DNA from: an uncultured Nitrososphaerota archaeon
Lineage (GTDB): Archaea > Thermoproteota > Nitrososphaeria > Nitrososphaerales > Gagatemarchaeaceae
Direction of reading: 5' to 3'
Length of the DNA: 64,000 nt
Assembly (NCBI GenBank): GCA_963838925.1
Contig: CAWISW010000003.1
Coordinates: 736,001-800,000 of the forward strand
Numbering within the stretch: position 1 is the stretch's first letter; each line of letters begins with the position of its first letter. Positions 18,226 through 27,861 of this stretch are shown here, one piece after another. Under the pieces are notes generated by a model. The model worked only from the letters and a program-made list of their open reading frames with translations, made no database searches and was not told the origin of the DNA. The position numbers and the translations under genes were made by a program.

Positions 18226-18308
18226 TCCGACGATGAGGTAAACGCCGTCCCAGTCAGAGGCCCAGATAGCTCCGGGCCAGATGATGAACTCGCGACGATA
18301 CTGAGTCA
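18226..18308 (+). ncRNA. candidate C/D-box methylation-guide sRNA
   Basis: C-like ACGATGA (18230-36), D'-like CAGA (18255-58), GGCCC/GGGCC hairpin, C' ATGATGA (18281-87), D CTGA (18301-04); A-rich promoter-like tract ~25 nt upstream. Confidence 0.55.
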
Positions 18309-18366
18309 TCCACTCAACCACCACCGCGGAACCTTTTCAAGAGAGATTCGCTCGGCAGGGAGACAA

Positions 18367-18555
18367 ATGCTTGTCACGAAGGGGGTCAAGGTCCACGCTG
18401 ACACTCACAGGGTCCTGAAGGCGATAAAGGAGAAGAACCGCAGCAAGAGCATGGACGACGTCATCCGGTCCCTGATCAAGGGCGCGACCGGGAAGAGCGT
18501 CGAGCAGCACTCTGCGGTGAAGAACAACACGCGGCTCTCCTCCTTCGCCGATTAG
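18367..18555 (+). CDS. small ribbon-helix-helix/antitoxin-like DNA-binding protein
   Basis: KGVKVHADTHRVLKAIK...SMDDVIRSLI pattern. Confidence 0.6.
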   Translation: MLVTKGVKVHADTHRVLKAIKEKNRSKSMDDVIRSLIKGATGKSVEQHSAVKNNTRLSSFAD

Positions 18556-18604
18556 CGTCCTCGAGGCGGAAGACAGAAATAAACTGGCCTGCGAGGCAAG
18601 CCAG

Positions 18605-18751
18605 ATGGCGAAGTTCAGCGGCATAGTCGAGAAGAGGCTACTCACGGTCACCGAGAAGGAGAACGAGCTCACGCTCGTCTTTGAGGATAACCGGTTCCTG
18701 TTCGTCTCACTGAAGGACGGAAAGCTCCACTCTGAGAGCGTCCCAGAGTGA
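18605..18751 (+). CDS. small hypothetical protein, 48 aa; not in ORF track
   Basis: MAKFSGIVEKRLLTVTEKENELTLVFEDNRFLFVSLKDGKLHSESVPE*; G/C-ending codons; fills the intergenic gap. Confidence 0.6.
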   Translation: MAKFSGIVEKRLLTVTEKENELTLVFEDNRFLFVSLKDGKLHSESVPE

Positions 18752-18766
18752 ATCGAAGTCCTTGGC

Positions 18767-19366
18767 CTAGACTGATATTGCTTCCTCGCGGAAGCCCGAC
18801 CTGTCGAGCGTCAGCAGGTCTATCCCGTTGCCGCTCATCGCGTCCCTCTCGATTGCGGCCTTTATCGAAGACACGGTGAGGTCCCGAGCGTCCTTCTCGG
18901 ACAGCCCCGCCTTGAACCCTGCCTCGATGACTCCAGTCGCCATCTCTGCTCCGGTGCCGACCGAGGCGTACTCGTCGGTGATTAGGCTGCCGAGGGGGTC
19001 TAGCACCCAGACCTTCGGCTTGACGTCGACCCCGCCCAGTATCACCTGGGTGAGCAGCGGCGAGAACCTCCTCTCGAACATTATGACAGACGTGAGCTTC
19101 GCGACCGCGGAGGCCTTCAGGGTCCTCTTCGCCTCGAGCTCTTTCAGCTTCGCGTAGACGCCGACCTCCTTCACAAGATTCTGCATGTCCGCGATCATCC
19201 CTGCGCACACGGCTCCGCAGCTGTCGGTCATCCTGAAGACCTTCTTCCCGTGCTTGCTGATGACCATGTTTCCAAGCGTGATCCTTCTCTCCGCCCCGAG
19301 CACGACCCCGTCCTTGTAGGCGATGCCGACGGCCGTGGCTCCGGGGATATACGCGTCAAACGACAT
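18767..19366 (-). CDS. psmB: proteasome beta subunit, probably non-catalytic (Ala at the Thr1 position)
   Basis: PGATAVGI, GMIADMQ, GTGAEMA, RDAMSGNG. Confidence 0.9.
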   Translation of the reverse strand: MSFDAYIPGATAVGIAYKDGVVLGAERRITLGNMVISKHGKKVFRMTDSCGAVCAGMIADMQNLVKEVGVYAKLKELEAKRTLKASAVAKLTSVIMFERRFSPLLTQVILGGVDVKPKVWVLDPLGSLITDEYASVGTGAEMATGVIEAGFKAGLSEKDARDLTVSSIKAAIERDAMSGNGIDLLTLDRSGFREEAISV

Positions 19367-19461
19367 TTTGCTGATTACGACCTAACAGTCGCCGTTGGCG
19401 CGGTGTTATTAGCTATTTTGTTCGCGACGGGGAGATCGAGAGCAGGGAGGCCTCCCCGACC

Positions 19462-20460
19462 TCAGAAGAACCCGAACTCCGCGGACGTGAACTGCCTGGC
19501 CACGTGAAGGCTTGTCCTCAGGTGCTCCGTCACGTATGGGATCAGCAGCGAGGACGGGGACTCGGAGAGGCAGAGCACAGGCGCGAGCATGTCGGCCAGG
19601 TGGACGTCGGCCCTCGCTCCGGAAGCGTAGGCTGAAAGGAAGCTCTCGGCGGCCTCCCTCCCGACCTTCTCGGCGGGCTTCTCGCGGGCCCCTATGGAGT
19701 CGCCCCCTATGTAGCAGCCGCCCCCGACCATCGAGACGAGTATCGAGCTCCCAGGAGACACCGAGTCCTCCAACGACACGTGCCTGTCCAGCACCTCGAC
19801 GCCTCTTGGCCTGAGCGCCGTGACGGCCGCCCTGGCCTGCCTCTCAGCGACCGAGACCGGGAGCTTGCTGCATCTGCTCACCAGCGAGACGACGCCCTGG
19901 CCTTCCCCTCCCTCCCTCTTCGAACCGAGCTGGAGAGGCTCGACCGACTCGCACGCCTCGATGTGTATCGCCGCCCTCCCGCCGCCGTTCGGGTAGTAGC
20001 CTCGCCTCTCGACCTTTATCGAGAACCCTATCCCAGCCGCCCCCATCGCTGGCGCGACGACGCGGTCGAGGTAGTCGGAGGTCGGGCTCCAGGGGACGTC
20101 GGTCCCCCCGATCAGGTCGAGGTCGTATGAGTTCCCCATCAGCGAGACCGCCGGCACGACCGCCTGGAGTACGAGCGGGATGCTCGCCGCCGTCCCCAGG
20201 TCGAACGAGCCCCGCGCGGTCCCGACCTCTCCGGGAGAGAAGGTCAGCTCCGTCGAGCCCACCGCCGCGCCCTGCACCTTCGCGGAGCATATCTCGCCGA
20301 GTATCTTGATCGTCGCGGAGTGCTGCGGACGGAGCCCCGGGATCCTCCTCCCCGCCCTTATCTTGGTGACGTGGATGGGGACCCCTAGCACCATCGAGAA
20401 GCAGACCGCCGTCCTGAGTATCTGGCCCCCTCCCTCGCCGTACGAGCCGTCTACCTCCAC
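19462..20460 (-). CDS. rtcA: RNA 3'-terminal phosphate cyclase (possible C-terminal frameshift)
   Basis: DGSYGEGGGQILR, GLRPQH, GGTDV, RGYYP.GGG, DVHLAD, TEHLRT; GTG start at 20460. Confidence 0.9.
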   Translation of the reverse strand: MEVDGSYGEGGGQILRTAVCFSMVLGVPIHVTKIRAGRRIPGLRPQHSATIKILGEICSAKVQGAAVGSTELTFSPGEVGTARGSFDLGTAASIPLVLQAVVPAVSLMGNSYDLDLIGGTDVPWSPTSDYLDRVVAPAMGAAGIGFSIKVERRGYYPNGGGRAAIHIEACESVEPLQLGSKREGGEGQGVVSLVSRCSKLPVSVAERQARAAVTALRPRGVEVLDRHVSLEDSVSPGSSILVSMVGGGCYIGGDSIGAREKPAEKVGREAAESFLSAYASGARADVHLADMLAPVLCLSESPSSLLIPYVTEHLRTSLHVARQFTSAEFGFF

Positions 20461-20565
20461 GGGGGTGGCTGTGTGGGGAGGCGGTCGATGCGTTTGCGTC
20501 GTGACTGTGAGACAGCGGCAAAAACCGCTTAAATACTCACCGAAATCCCGCAACCATAGAGCCAC

Positions 20566-21096
20566 TTGACCGTCGGCGTGCTTGTGGGGAGATTCCAGCC
20601 TTTCCACAACGGACACCTAGAAGCGGTGCGCCATGCCCTGCAAGAGGTGGACTTCCTGTACATCGTCATCGGCAGCTCGCAGAGGAACCACGAGCGCGAC
20701 AACCCGTTCACCGCAGGAGAGAGGATCGCGATGATCAAGGCGGCGCTCGACTCGGGCGGGGTCAAGCCAGGGAGTTGGATGGCGATCCCCATCGCGGACA
20801 CGGAGTCGCATGCGCTCTGGCCGGAGATACTGAAGACCACCGTCCCGCCTTTCAGCATAGTGTTCACCAACGACGGCTTGACCACGAGGCTCCTGAAGGA
20901 GAGCGGCGTCAAGGTCGAGGCCGTCCCATACCTCGACAGGTCGAGCTACTCGGCGACCAACGTGCGCAACCGCATCTTGGAGATGAAGGACTGGGAGAAG
21001 CTCGTCCCCGCGCCCGTCGCCGCCATGGTGAAGAGCATCGGCGGGGTCGAGAGAGTTAGAAGCATGATTCACAAAGACCTTGAAGGGGAGGAGTGA
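20566..21096 (+). CDS. nadM: nicotinamide-nucleotide adenylyltransferase
   Basis: GRFQPFHNGH, NPFTAGER, SATNVR. Confidence 0.9.
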   Translation: MTVGVLVGRFQPFHNGHLEAVRHALQEVDFLYIVIGSSQRNHERDNPFTAGERIAMIKAALDSGGVKPGSWMAIPIADTESHALWPEILKTTVPPFSIVFTNDGLTTRLLKESGVKVEAVPYLDRSSYSATNVRNRILEMKDWEKLVPAPVAAMVKSIGGVERVRSMIHKDLEGEE

Positions 21097-21107
21097 GGGG
21101 CTAACCG

Positions 21108-22259
21108 ATGACCGCGACTCATCCGACCAAGAAGCTCCTGATGATTCCGGGGCCGACCAACGTCTCCGACAGGGTCATGAACGCGATGCTGAGGCCGATG
21201 ATAAACCACAGGTCTCCCGAGTTCACCGAGCTCGTCGAGAGCATCACTGAGAAGGGCAAGTACCTGTTCCAGACCGAGGAGCACATCGTCACGATAACCG
21301 CCTCCGGGACGGGAGGCGTCGAAGCGATAGCGTTCGCCCTCGTCCGCCCGGGAGACAACGTCGTCGTGCCGGTCTACGGGGAGTTCGGGCAGCGCCTCGC
21401 TGAGGCGTTGGAGCTCGCGGGCGGCAACGTGGTCAAGGTGTTCGCGGAGCCTGGCAACGTCCCCCGCCTCGAGGAGGTCAGGGAGGCCATCAGGAGGACC
21501 GACAACCTGAAGGCGGTCTACACCGTACACAACGAGACGAGCACGGGCTGCACGATCCCCTACGTCCAGGACCTGGCGAAGGCGGCGCACGAGAAGGGCG
21601 CCTTCATGGTCGTGGACGGGGTGTCCAGCATCGGCGGGTACTCGGTCCCTGTGGACGCCTGGGGGGTGGACATGTGCGTCACGGCGAGCCAGAAGTGCAT
21701 CGCGGCGCCGCCCGGCATGGTCATCATCTCCCTGAACGGGAAGGTGGCGGAGTTCCTGAAGAAGACTCCCCCGACCGTCAGGTACTTCGACCTCGGGAAG
21801 CACCTGGACTTTCTGGAGCACGGCTTCACGCCGTTCACTCCCGCGGTCTCGCTGTACTACGCGCTCGACGAGGCGCTGACCGTCCTCAAGGAGGAGACCC
21901 TGGAGAAGAGGGTCGCGAGGCACGAGAGGTGCGCCGCCCAGCTCTACTCGGCGGTCGAGTCCATGGGCTTGGAGTGCTTCGCCGACAAGGGGTGCCGCTC
22001 GAACACGGTCATCGCAGTGAAGACCCCCAAGGGCATCGATGACGAGCACTTCCGGACCATCCTCAGCGACGAGCAGGGGGTCGTGATAACCGGGGGCTTC
22101 GGCCCTCTGAAGGGGAAGATACTGAGGCTGGGGTCCATGGGAGACGTCACCAGCGGGGACATCCAGAGGACCGTCGACGCGATGGCCAAGACCTTCACGA
22201 AGCTCGGACACCCGGTCCAGGCGAAGCCGCTCGCCGACGCCGCAGTCCGCCGAACGTAA
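21108..22259 (+). CDS. class V PLP aminotransferase (alanine-glyoxylate/serine-pyruvate type)
   Basis: LMIPGPT, HNETSTG, VDGVSS, SQKC, PFTP. Confidence 0.88.
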   Translation: MTATHPTKKLLMIPGPTNVSDRVMNAMLRPMINHRSPEFTELVESITEKGKYLFQTEEHIVTITASGTGGVEAIAFALVRPGDNVVVPVYGEFGQRLAEALELAGGNVVKVFAEPGNVPRLEEVREAIRRTDNLKAVYTVHNETSTGCTIPYVQDLAKAAHEKGAFMVVDGVSSIGGYSVPVDAWGVDMCVTASQKCIAAPPGMVIISLNGKVAEFLKKTPPTVRYFDLGKHLDFLEHGFTPFTPAVSLYYALDEALTVLKEETLEKRVARHERCAAQLYSAVESMGLECFADKGCRSNTVIAVKTPKGIDDEHFRTILSDEQGVVITGGFGPLKGKILRLGSMGDVTSGDIQRTVDAMAKTFTKLGHPVQAKPLADAAVRRT

Positions 22260-22310
22260 GCACTAAGCATTTAAACTGACTCGGGACGACGATGGGTGTT
22301 TCATAACAAA

Positions 22311-23108
22311 ATGGCATTCGCTAAAGGGACCCTCGTCTACGTGAACTACACCGCCAAGGTGAAGGATACCTCCGAGCCGATAGAGACGACCCTGGAAGAC
22401 GAAGCCAAGAAGCTCAACATCTACGACTCCGAGAGGAGGTACGAGCCGCGACTCGTCTCCGTCGGAGAGGACTGGGTCCTGAAGGGCCTGGACGAGGAGA
22501 TCGGCAAGATGGACGTCGGCGAGAAGAAGACCGCCGAGCTCCCCCCTGACAGGGCGTGGGGCGGGCGAGACCCGACGCTCCTGAGGATGGTCCCCCTGCG
22601 CAAGTTCGGCGACAGAGCCGACGAGCTGCGGGTGGGCGACGAGGTCGAGATGGACAACCGCGTCGCGGTGGTCCGGTTCATCGGGTCGGGAAGGGCGCAG
22701 GTCGACTTCAACCATAGGCTTGCAGGAAAGACGCTCATCTACGACATCGAGGTCATCAGGAAGGTCGAGCCAGGAGAGGACACAATCCGCTCCCTGATGA
22801 AGAGGCGGTTCCCAGGAGAGGGCGAGAAGCTGGCCTTCACCCAGGACGCCGGCGATGTCTCTGTGACCATCCCGGACGAGGCCTTCCTCGTCGAGGGGCT
22901 GCAGTTCATCAAGAGGGGGATTGCGAACGACATACTCCACTTCGTCCCCGAAGTGAAGAAGGTCACGTTCACAGAGGTGTACCCGCGCAAGGAAGAGGCT
23001 GCGAAGGGCAAGGCCAAGGGCAAGGCCGACAGGGCCGAGGGCGCAGAGGAGGAGCCGGTCAAGGCGGACGCCCCCGCGAAGAAGCAAGAAGCGAAGCAGA
23101 CGGCCTAG
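22311..23108 (+). CDS. long-type FKBP peptidyl-prolyl isomerase (SlyD-like)
   Basis: VNYTAK, KGLDE, DFNHRLAGKTL. Confidence 0.9.
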   Translation: MAFAKGTLVYVNYTAKVKDTSEPIETTLEDEAKKLNIYDSERRYEPRLVSVGEDWVLKGLDEEIGKMDVGEKKTAELPPDRAWGGRDPTLLRMVPLRKFGDRADELRVGDEVEMDNRVAVVRFIGSGRAQVDFNHRLAGKTLIYDIEVIRKVEPGEDTIRSLMKRRFPGEGEKLAFTQDAGDVSVTIPDEAFLVEGLQFIKRGIANDILHFVPEVKKVTFTEVYPRKEEAAKGKAKGKADRAEGAEEEPVKADAPAKKQEAKQTA

Positions 23109-23112
23109 CCGA

Positions 23113-24171
23113 CTAGATTACGCCCGTCTTCCTCGCCAGCTGCCCCGCGGACTTGCGGTCTAGCTTCACCTTCGAGAGTATCGTGTAGCGGTCCGGCCTT
23201 ATCGTGGGCGCCTCGACGAGCGCCCGCTTGATCTCGTCGTCGGTTATCCCGAGCTCCGCCCCAGACGTCGGGGCGTTCACGTCCTTCAAAGCCTGCCTGA
23301 CCCCCTCCCAGTCGAGACCGTGGAGCGATGCCATCATGATCGTCCCTATCCCGCACTGCTCGCCGTGGAGCCCCTTCCCAGGGCAGATCGCGTCGAGCGC
23401 GTGGCTGAAGAGGTGCTCTGAGCCGCTGCAGGGTCGGCTGCTCCCCGCGATCCCCGCGGCGACGCCCGCGCTGATAAGGCCCTCCACCAGGGCTCGCGCG
23501 GACGCCTTGTCGTAGGCCCCTATGCTCTTCGAGCCGTCCAAGAATACCTGGGCGCTCAGAAGGGCGAGGCTGGCGGCGTATCCGCCGAAGTATTCGCCCG
23601 CCTCCTTGCTCGCGAGCTCCCAGTCCTTGACGGCGGTGAGCTTCGACACCAGGTCGCCGCACCCGGCCGCCTCGAGCCTCTTGGGCGCTGCGGCTATGAC
23701 GTCGATGTCAGCCAAGATCCCGACCGGAGGCTTCGCTCGCTCCGAGTAATGGGTCCCCGTCCCAGAGATCGAGGCGAACGGGCTGGCGATCCCGTCGTGG
23801 GACGCGCTCGTCGGGACCGAGAAGAACGGCGCGTTGATCTTGAAGGCCGCGAGCTTCCCCACGTCCACGCTCTTCCCGCCGCCGATCCCGACTATGCAGT
23901 ACGCCTTGGACGAGGCCTTCATGACGCGCTCGACGTTGCGCATGTCAGAGGCGACGACCTCGACCCACTCGACCGGCTCGCCTATCGACTTGGTGACCAC
24001 GCCCCTCACCTTCTCCTGGACGTTCGCCCCTGAGGCGATGACGGCGGACCTCCTGCCTCGAGGGAACTCTATGAAGTCCCCGAGCTCCCCGAGGATCCCA
24101 TCGCCTATCCGGATCCGCCGAGGAAACTCCATCGTGTGGGAGCCCAGCGGCATCGACTTCGACGCTTGCAA
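23113..24171 (-). CDS. egsA: sn-glycerol-1-phosphate dehydrogenase
   Basis: GIGGGKSVDVGK, PTSASHDGIAS, SRPCSGSEHLFSH, LHGEQ. Confidence 0.95.
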   Translation of the reverse strand: MQASKSMPLGSHTMEFPRRIRIGDGILGELGDFIEFPRGRRSAVIASGANVQEKVRGVVTKSIGEPVEWVEVVASDMRNVERVMKASSKAYCIVGIGGGKSVDVGKLAAFKINAPFFSVPTSASHDGIASPFASISGTGTHYSERAKPPVGILADIDVIAAAPKRLEAAGCGDLVSKLTAVKDWELASKEAGEYFGGYAASLALLSAQVFLDGSKSIGAYDKASARALVEGLISAGVAAGIAGSSRPCSGSEHLFSHALDAICPGKGLHGEQCGIGTIMMASLHGLDWEGVRQALKDVNAPTSGAELGITDDEIKRALVEAPTIRPDRYTILSKVKLDRKSAGQLARKTGVI

Positions 24172-24339
24172 CCCGAGGATAAAAACTTCCAGACGGCTAG
24201 CCGACGAGTGGGCCTGAGCGATTCAATTCATGCAAAGGTTAATTAAGCGACGCGGCACAACCATTTTTCGTCCTCTCCGAGGACATTCGGCATGCATATC
24301 CCACCAATCATCGATACTGATAGAGAGAGAAAATAGAGA

Positions 24340-24999
24340 ATGAACACTTCGACCCAAAAGATACCGGAACAGGCCAGGTACCACGGCACGACCACCGCGG
24401 GGCTCGTCTGCTCCGACGGGATAGTCCTCGCCACGGACACGAGGGTGACCGCCGGAGGGTTCATCGCGCACAAGAGGGGGAAGAAGCTCCTACAGGTCGA
24501 CCGCCACCTCGCGGTGACAATCTCGGGAGGAGTGGCAGACGCGCAGAACGTCGTGGACAGCCTCAAGTATTACGCTAACACATACAGGGTCGAGCACAAC
24601 CTGCCACTGCCCGTAAAGTCCGCGGCCCGGATCGTCTCAAACATCCTCTTCGGCTCGCGCTACTATCCTTACATCGCGATCGTGCTCGTCGGCGGATACG
24701 ACAGCACCGGCGGCTCCATCTACAACGTCGACCTCTTCGGGTCGGCGATACCCGACAAGGTGACCGCGACGGGGAGCGGCTCCCCGGTGGCGTACGGAGT
24801 CCTCGAGGAGGGGTACCAAGAGGGGATGAGCGTCGCGAAGGGGGTGACGCTGGCGGCGAATGCGATAATCGCGGCTACCCGGCGCAACGTCTACACGGGC
24901 GACCACTTCGACATCGCCGTCATAGACAAGGCGGGCTTCAGAGAAGTTTCAGAGCAGGAGAAGGAGAAGCTCCTCGCTCAGTTCGCGGGACGCAGTTAA
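24340..24999 (+). CDS. psmB: proteasome beta subunit (catalytic)
   Basis: propeptide ending G^TTT, GGVADAQ, TGSGS. Confidence 0.93.
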   Translation: MNTSTQKIPEQARYHGTTTAGLVCSDGIVLATDTRVTAGGFIAHKRGKKLLQVDRHLAVTISGGVADAQNVVDSLKYYANTYRVEHNLPLPVKSAARIVSNILFGSRYYPYIAIVLVGGYDSTGGSIYNVDLFGSAIPDKVTATGSGSPVAYGVLEEGYQEGMSVAKGVTLAANAIIAATRRNVYTGDHFDIAVIDKAGFREVSEQEKEKLLAQFAGRS

Positions 25000-25002
25000 G
25001 TT

Positions 25003-26916
25003 TTGGCGCAGAAGGCAAACCACGTAAGCCTCATGGGGACGATTCTAAACAGTATCCCAGCGGAGGCTCAGATCACACGGATAGAGTACGAGGGCCCGCG
25101 CATCGCCCTGTACACCAAGAACCCGAAGTACCTCCACCAGAACAACTACATCATCTCCGAGATAGTCAACAGCGTCAAGAAGAGGGTCGTCACCCGCACC
25201 GAGAAGTCGATCAGGAAGCCCGAGCAGGACGCAAAGTCCCTGCTGGAGAAGGCGATCCCCGTCGAAGCCGGGGTCAACAACTACTTCTTCGACGACGCCA
25301 CCGGCGAGGTGCTGGTCGAGGCGAACAACCCCCGTGTGCTCTCCCCGGACGTGGGATACGACCTCGGGGAGCTGATGGGGCAGACGGGCTGGAAGGTCAA
25401 GGTCAGAAAGGCGCCCAACATCCCGTCCTCCGCGATACAGAGCATGTACTACGCCATGAGGACGGGCAGCGACGAGAGGGAGAAGTTCTACAGGGAGCTG
25501 GGCGAGGCCATCTTCAGGCCGAGGTTCACGACGGCGGAGCAGGTCACGATAAAGTGCTTGGGCGCCGGGCAGGAGGTCGGCAGGTCCTCATGGCTCGTCG
25601 AGACGTCTGAGAGCAAGGTGCTGCTTGACTGCGGGATATCCCCGGGTGCGAAGAACGCCTGGGACGCGTACCCCAGGCTCGACTGGGCGGACGTCCACCT
25701 CAACGACATCGACGCCGTCGTCCTCAGCCACGGCCACCTCGACCACATGGGGTTCCTCCCTGCCCTCTACAAGTTCGGCTACGAGGGGCCGGTCTACTGC
25801 ACGGAGCCCACCCTCCCGCTGATGACGCTCCTACAGAACGACTTCATCAAGATAGCCCAGATGGAAGGAGGCAGGGTCCTCTACGACCAGAAGGACATCC
25901 GCGACCTCATACAGCACACCATCACTCTCCAGTACGGGACCGTCACCGACATCTCCCCCGACATCAAGCTCGTCCTGAACAACGCCGGGCACATCCTCGG
26001 CTCCGCGACCGTCCACCTCCACATCGGGGAGGGGGTCCACAACATCGTCTACACCGGCGACTACAAGTATGGCCGGACCCAGCTCTTCGATTCGGCCAGC
26101 TGGAACTACCCGCGGGTCGAGACGCTCATCACCGAGGCCACCTACGGCAACAAGGAGGACATCATGCCTCCGCGCGAGGAGGTGGAGATGAACTTCGTCA
26201 ACGCCATCAACAGCACCCTCGCTAACGGCGGGAAGGTCCTCATCCCGATCCCCGCCGTCGGGAGGGCGCAGGAGATCATCCTCGTCCTCGACCACTACAT
26301 GAGGAACAAGGTCCTCACGGAGGCGCCGGTCTTCCTCGAAGGCATGATCTCGGAGGCCACCGCCATACACGTCTCCTACGCCGACTACCTCTCCAGGGAG
26401 CTCCGCAGCAAGATCCTCGACCAGGGCATCAACCCGTTCGTGAGCGAGTACTTCACGTCGATAGAGCACCCGTCGAACCGGGACGAGGCCCTGAGGGAGG
26501 GCCCCGCGGTCATCATGGCCACTTCGGGCATGCTCGAGGGCGGCCCGGTCCTGCAGTACTTCGAGCACATCGCGCCCTCCGAGAGGAACAAGATCCTCTT
26601 CGTCTCATACCAGGTCCAGGGGACGCTCGGCAGGCGCGTCCTCGACGGCACCCACCAGGCCAGCCTGCTCGGCGACAACGGGAAGATCAAGATAGTCGAC
26701 GTCAACGCCAGCACGGAGAAGGTGGACGGGTTCAGCGGCCACAGCGACTACAACCAGATAATCAGGTTCATCGGGAAGATGCGCCCTAAGCTCCAGCAGG
26801 TCATCGTCCAGCACGGGGACAAGAGGAAGATAGAGAACCTGGCCTACGTTATCCAGCGCATCTACAGGATTCCGGCGCTAAGGCCGGCAGTCCAAGAAGC
26901 TATCCGCGTGTTCTAG
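25003..26916 (+). CDS. aCPSF1 beta-CASP ribonuclease with KH domains (FttA)
   Basis: EYEGP, SHGHLDH, AGHILG, EATYG, AVGRAQE, FSGHSD. Confidence 0.95.
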   Translation: MAQKANHVSLMGTILNSIPAEAQITRIEYEGPRIALYTKNPKYLHQNNYIISEIVNSVKKRVVTRTEKSIRKPEQDAKSLLEKAIPVEAGVNNYFFDDATGEVLVEANNPRVLSPDVGYDLGELMGQTGWKVKVRKAPNIPSSAIQSMYYAMRTGSDEREKFYRELGEAIFRPRFTTAEQVTIKCLGAGQEVGRSSWLVETSESKVLLDCGISPGAKNAWDAYPRLDWADVHLNDIDAVVLSHGHLDHMGFLPALYKFGYEGPVYCTEPTLPLMTLLQNDFIKIAQMEGGRVLYDQKDIRDLIQHTITLQYGTVTDISPDIKLVLNNAGHILGSATVHLHIGEGVHNIVYTGDYKYGRTQLFDSASWNYPRVETLITEATYGNKEDIMPPREEVEMNFVNAINSTLANGGKVLIPIPAVGRAQEIILVLDHYMRNKVLTEAPVFLEGMISEATAIHVSYADYLSRELRSKILDQGINPFVSEYFTSIEHPSNRDEALREGPAVIMATSGMLEGGPVLQYFEHIAPSERNKILFVSYQVQGTLGRRVLDGTHQASLLGDNGKIKIVDVNASTEKVDGFSGHSDYNQIIRFIGKMRPKLQQVIVQHGDKRKIENLAYVIQRIYRIPALRPAVQEAIRVF

Positions 26917-27272
26917 CCAGAGAGCGAGCCGCGCCAGATCCTCACGCCGGGCGGCGTTATGACGATCCTCTCCTCGCCGAGCCTCGCGATGTCCCCGCCT
27001 ATCGAGGTCGCGAACTCGTAGAGCTGCTCCACGACCGTCTTGAGGTCCTCGACGCTCTTCTGCGCGAGGGGCGTGACCCTCAGGATCACTATGGTCCTCT
27101 TCGCCACGTCGTCCTGTATCCCAGGAAGGTCCTCGGCGCTGCGGAGCTGGAGCGCCTTCAGCAGCATGCCCCCTCCCTCCTGCGCGGCGCCCTCCCCGGA
27201 CTCTTCTGTGGTCAAACTCGATTCCAAGCTGATCTTGTCACGCTCAAGGAGATATTCCTGGCTTTTAAACAT
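26913..27272 (-). CDS. SepF-like (DUF552) protein
   Basis: IVILRVTPL, GGDIARLGEERIVITPPGV. Confidence 0.75.
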   Translation of the reverse strand: MFKSQEYLLERDKISLESSLTTEESGEGAAQEGGGMLLKALQLRSAEDLPGIQDDVAKRTIVILRVTPLAQKSVEDLKTVVEQLYEFATSIGGDIARLGEERIVITPPGVRIWRGSLSG

Positions 27273-27296
27273 AAATCCAATATATAGGGGGAGAGG

Positions 27297-27782
27297 TCAA
27301 ATTTTCTTGTACGCGTTCCAGTATTTGTCTCCAGCGTGATGGAGGTTCTTGACGCAGTTGCCCTTCTTCAGCTCCGCCATCTCGGCGCTTGACACCGCCG
27401 TCCTCCCGACTGCGGCAGCCCTTCCCTTCTTGTCCTCGCGCACGACGACGAGCTTCCCCGCCTCACCCCAGTCGTCGTACTTCGAGATCCCCGGCCTCAT
27501 CACGTCGGCGCCCTTGATGATGTACTTCACTGCCCCCTCGTCGATCGAGACCGAAGGGAACAGGCCGACCGCGTCGGGGGACCCGACATAGGGGAGGTAT
27601 CCGCCTCCTCCGCCGCTCACGAAGGTGAACTTCCCGTCGATTATCACGAACTTCGTCTCCTCGTCCGGCTCCAGAATCTCCACTTGGGCGGAACGCGCCA
27701 CCTCGAGGTGTATCCCGGTGGACCTCTCGATCTCCGCGATGAGGTCCCTCGAGTCGCTCTTTGACACGACCTGTCTCTTCAA
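27297..27782 (-). CDS. PUA-domain RNA-binding protein
   Basis: IDEGAVKYIIKGADVMRPGI, KNLHHAGD. Confidence 0.88.
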   Translation of the reverse strand: MKRQVVSKSDSRDLIAEIERSTGIHLEVARSAQVEILEPDEETKFVIIDGKFTFVSGGGGGYLPYVGSPDAVGLFPSVSIDEGAVKYIIKGADVMRPGISKYDDWGEAGKLVVVREDKKGRAAAVGRTAVSSAEMAELKKGNCVKNLHHAGDKYWNAYKKI

Positions 27783-27861
27783 ACGTCAGGTCAGCGTCGA
27801 ATACATCAATTTAATAAAGCCAGCCTGCGACGCCCGTTCTCAACCGGTGCCCATAGACACA

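Noticed and set aside
19462-19464. Selenocysteine readthrough of the rtcA TGA
   Set aside because: The in-frame continuation lacks coding-like codon bias whereas the shifted frame has it; a frameshift explains it better
24223-24339. Possible C/D-box RNA or small ORF on the minus strand between egsA and psmB
   Set aside because: Only a C-like and a D'-like box; no convincing C'/D boxes; the region is explained by divergent promoters
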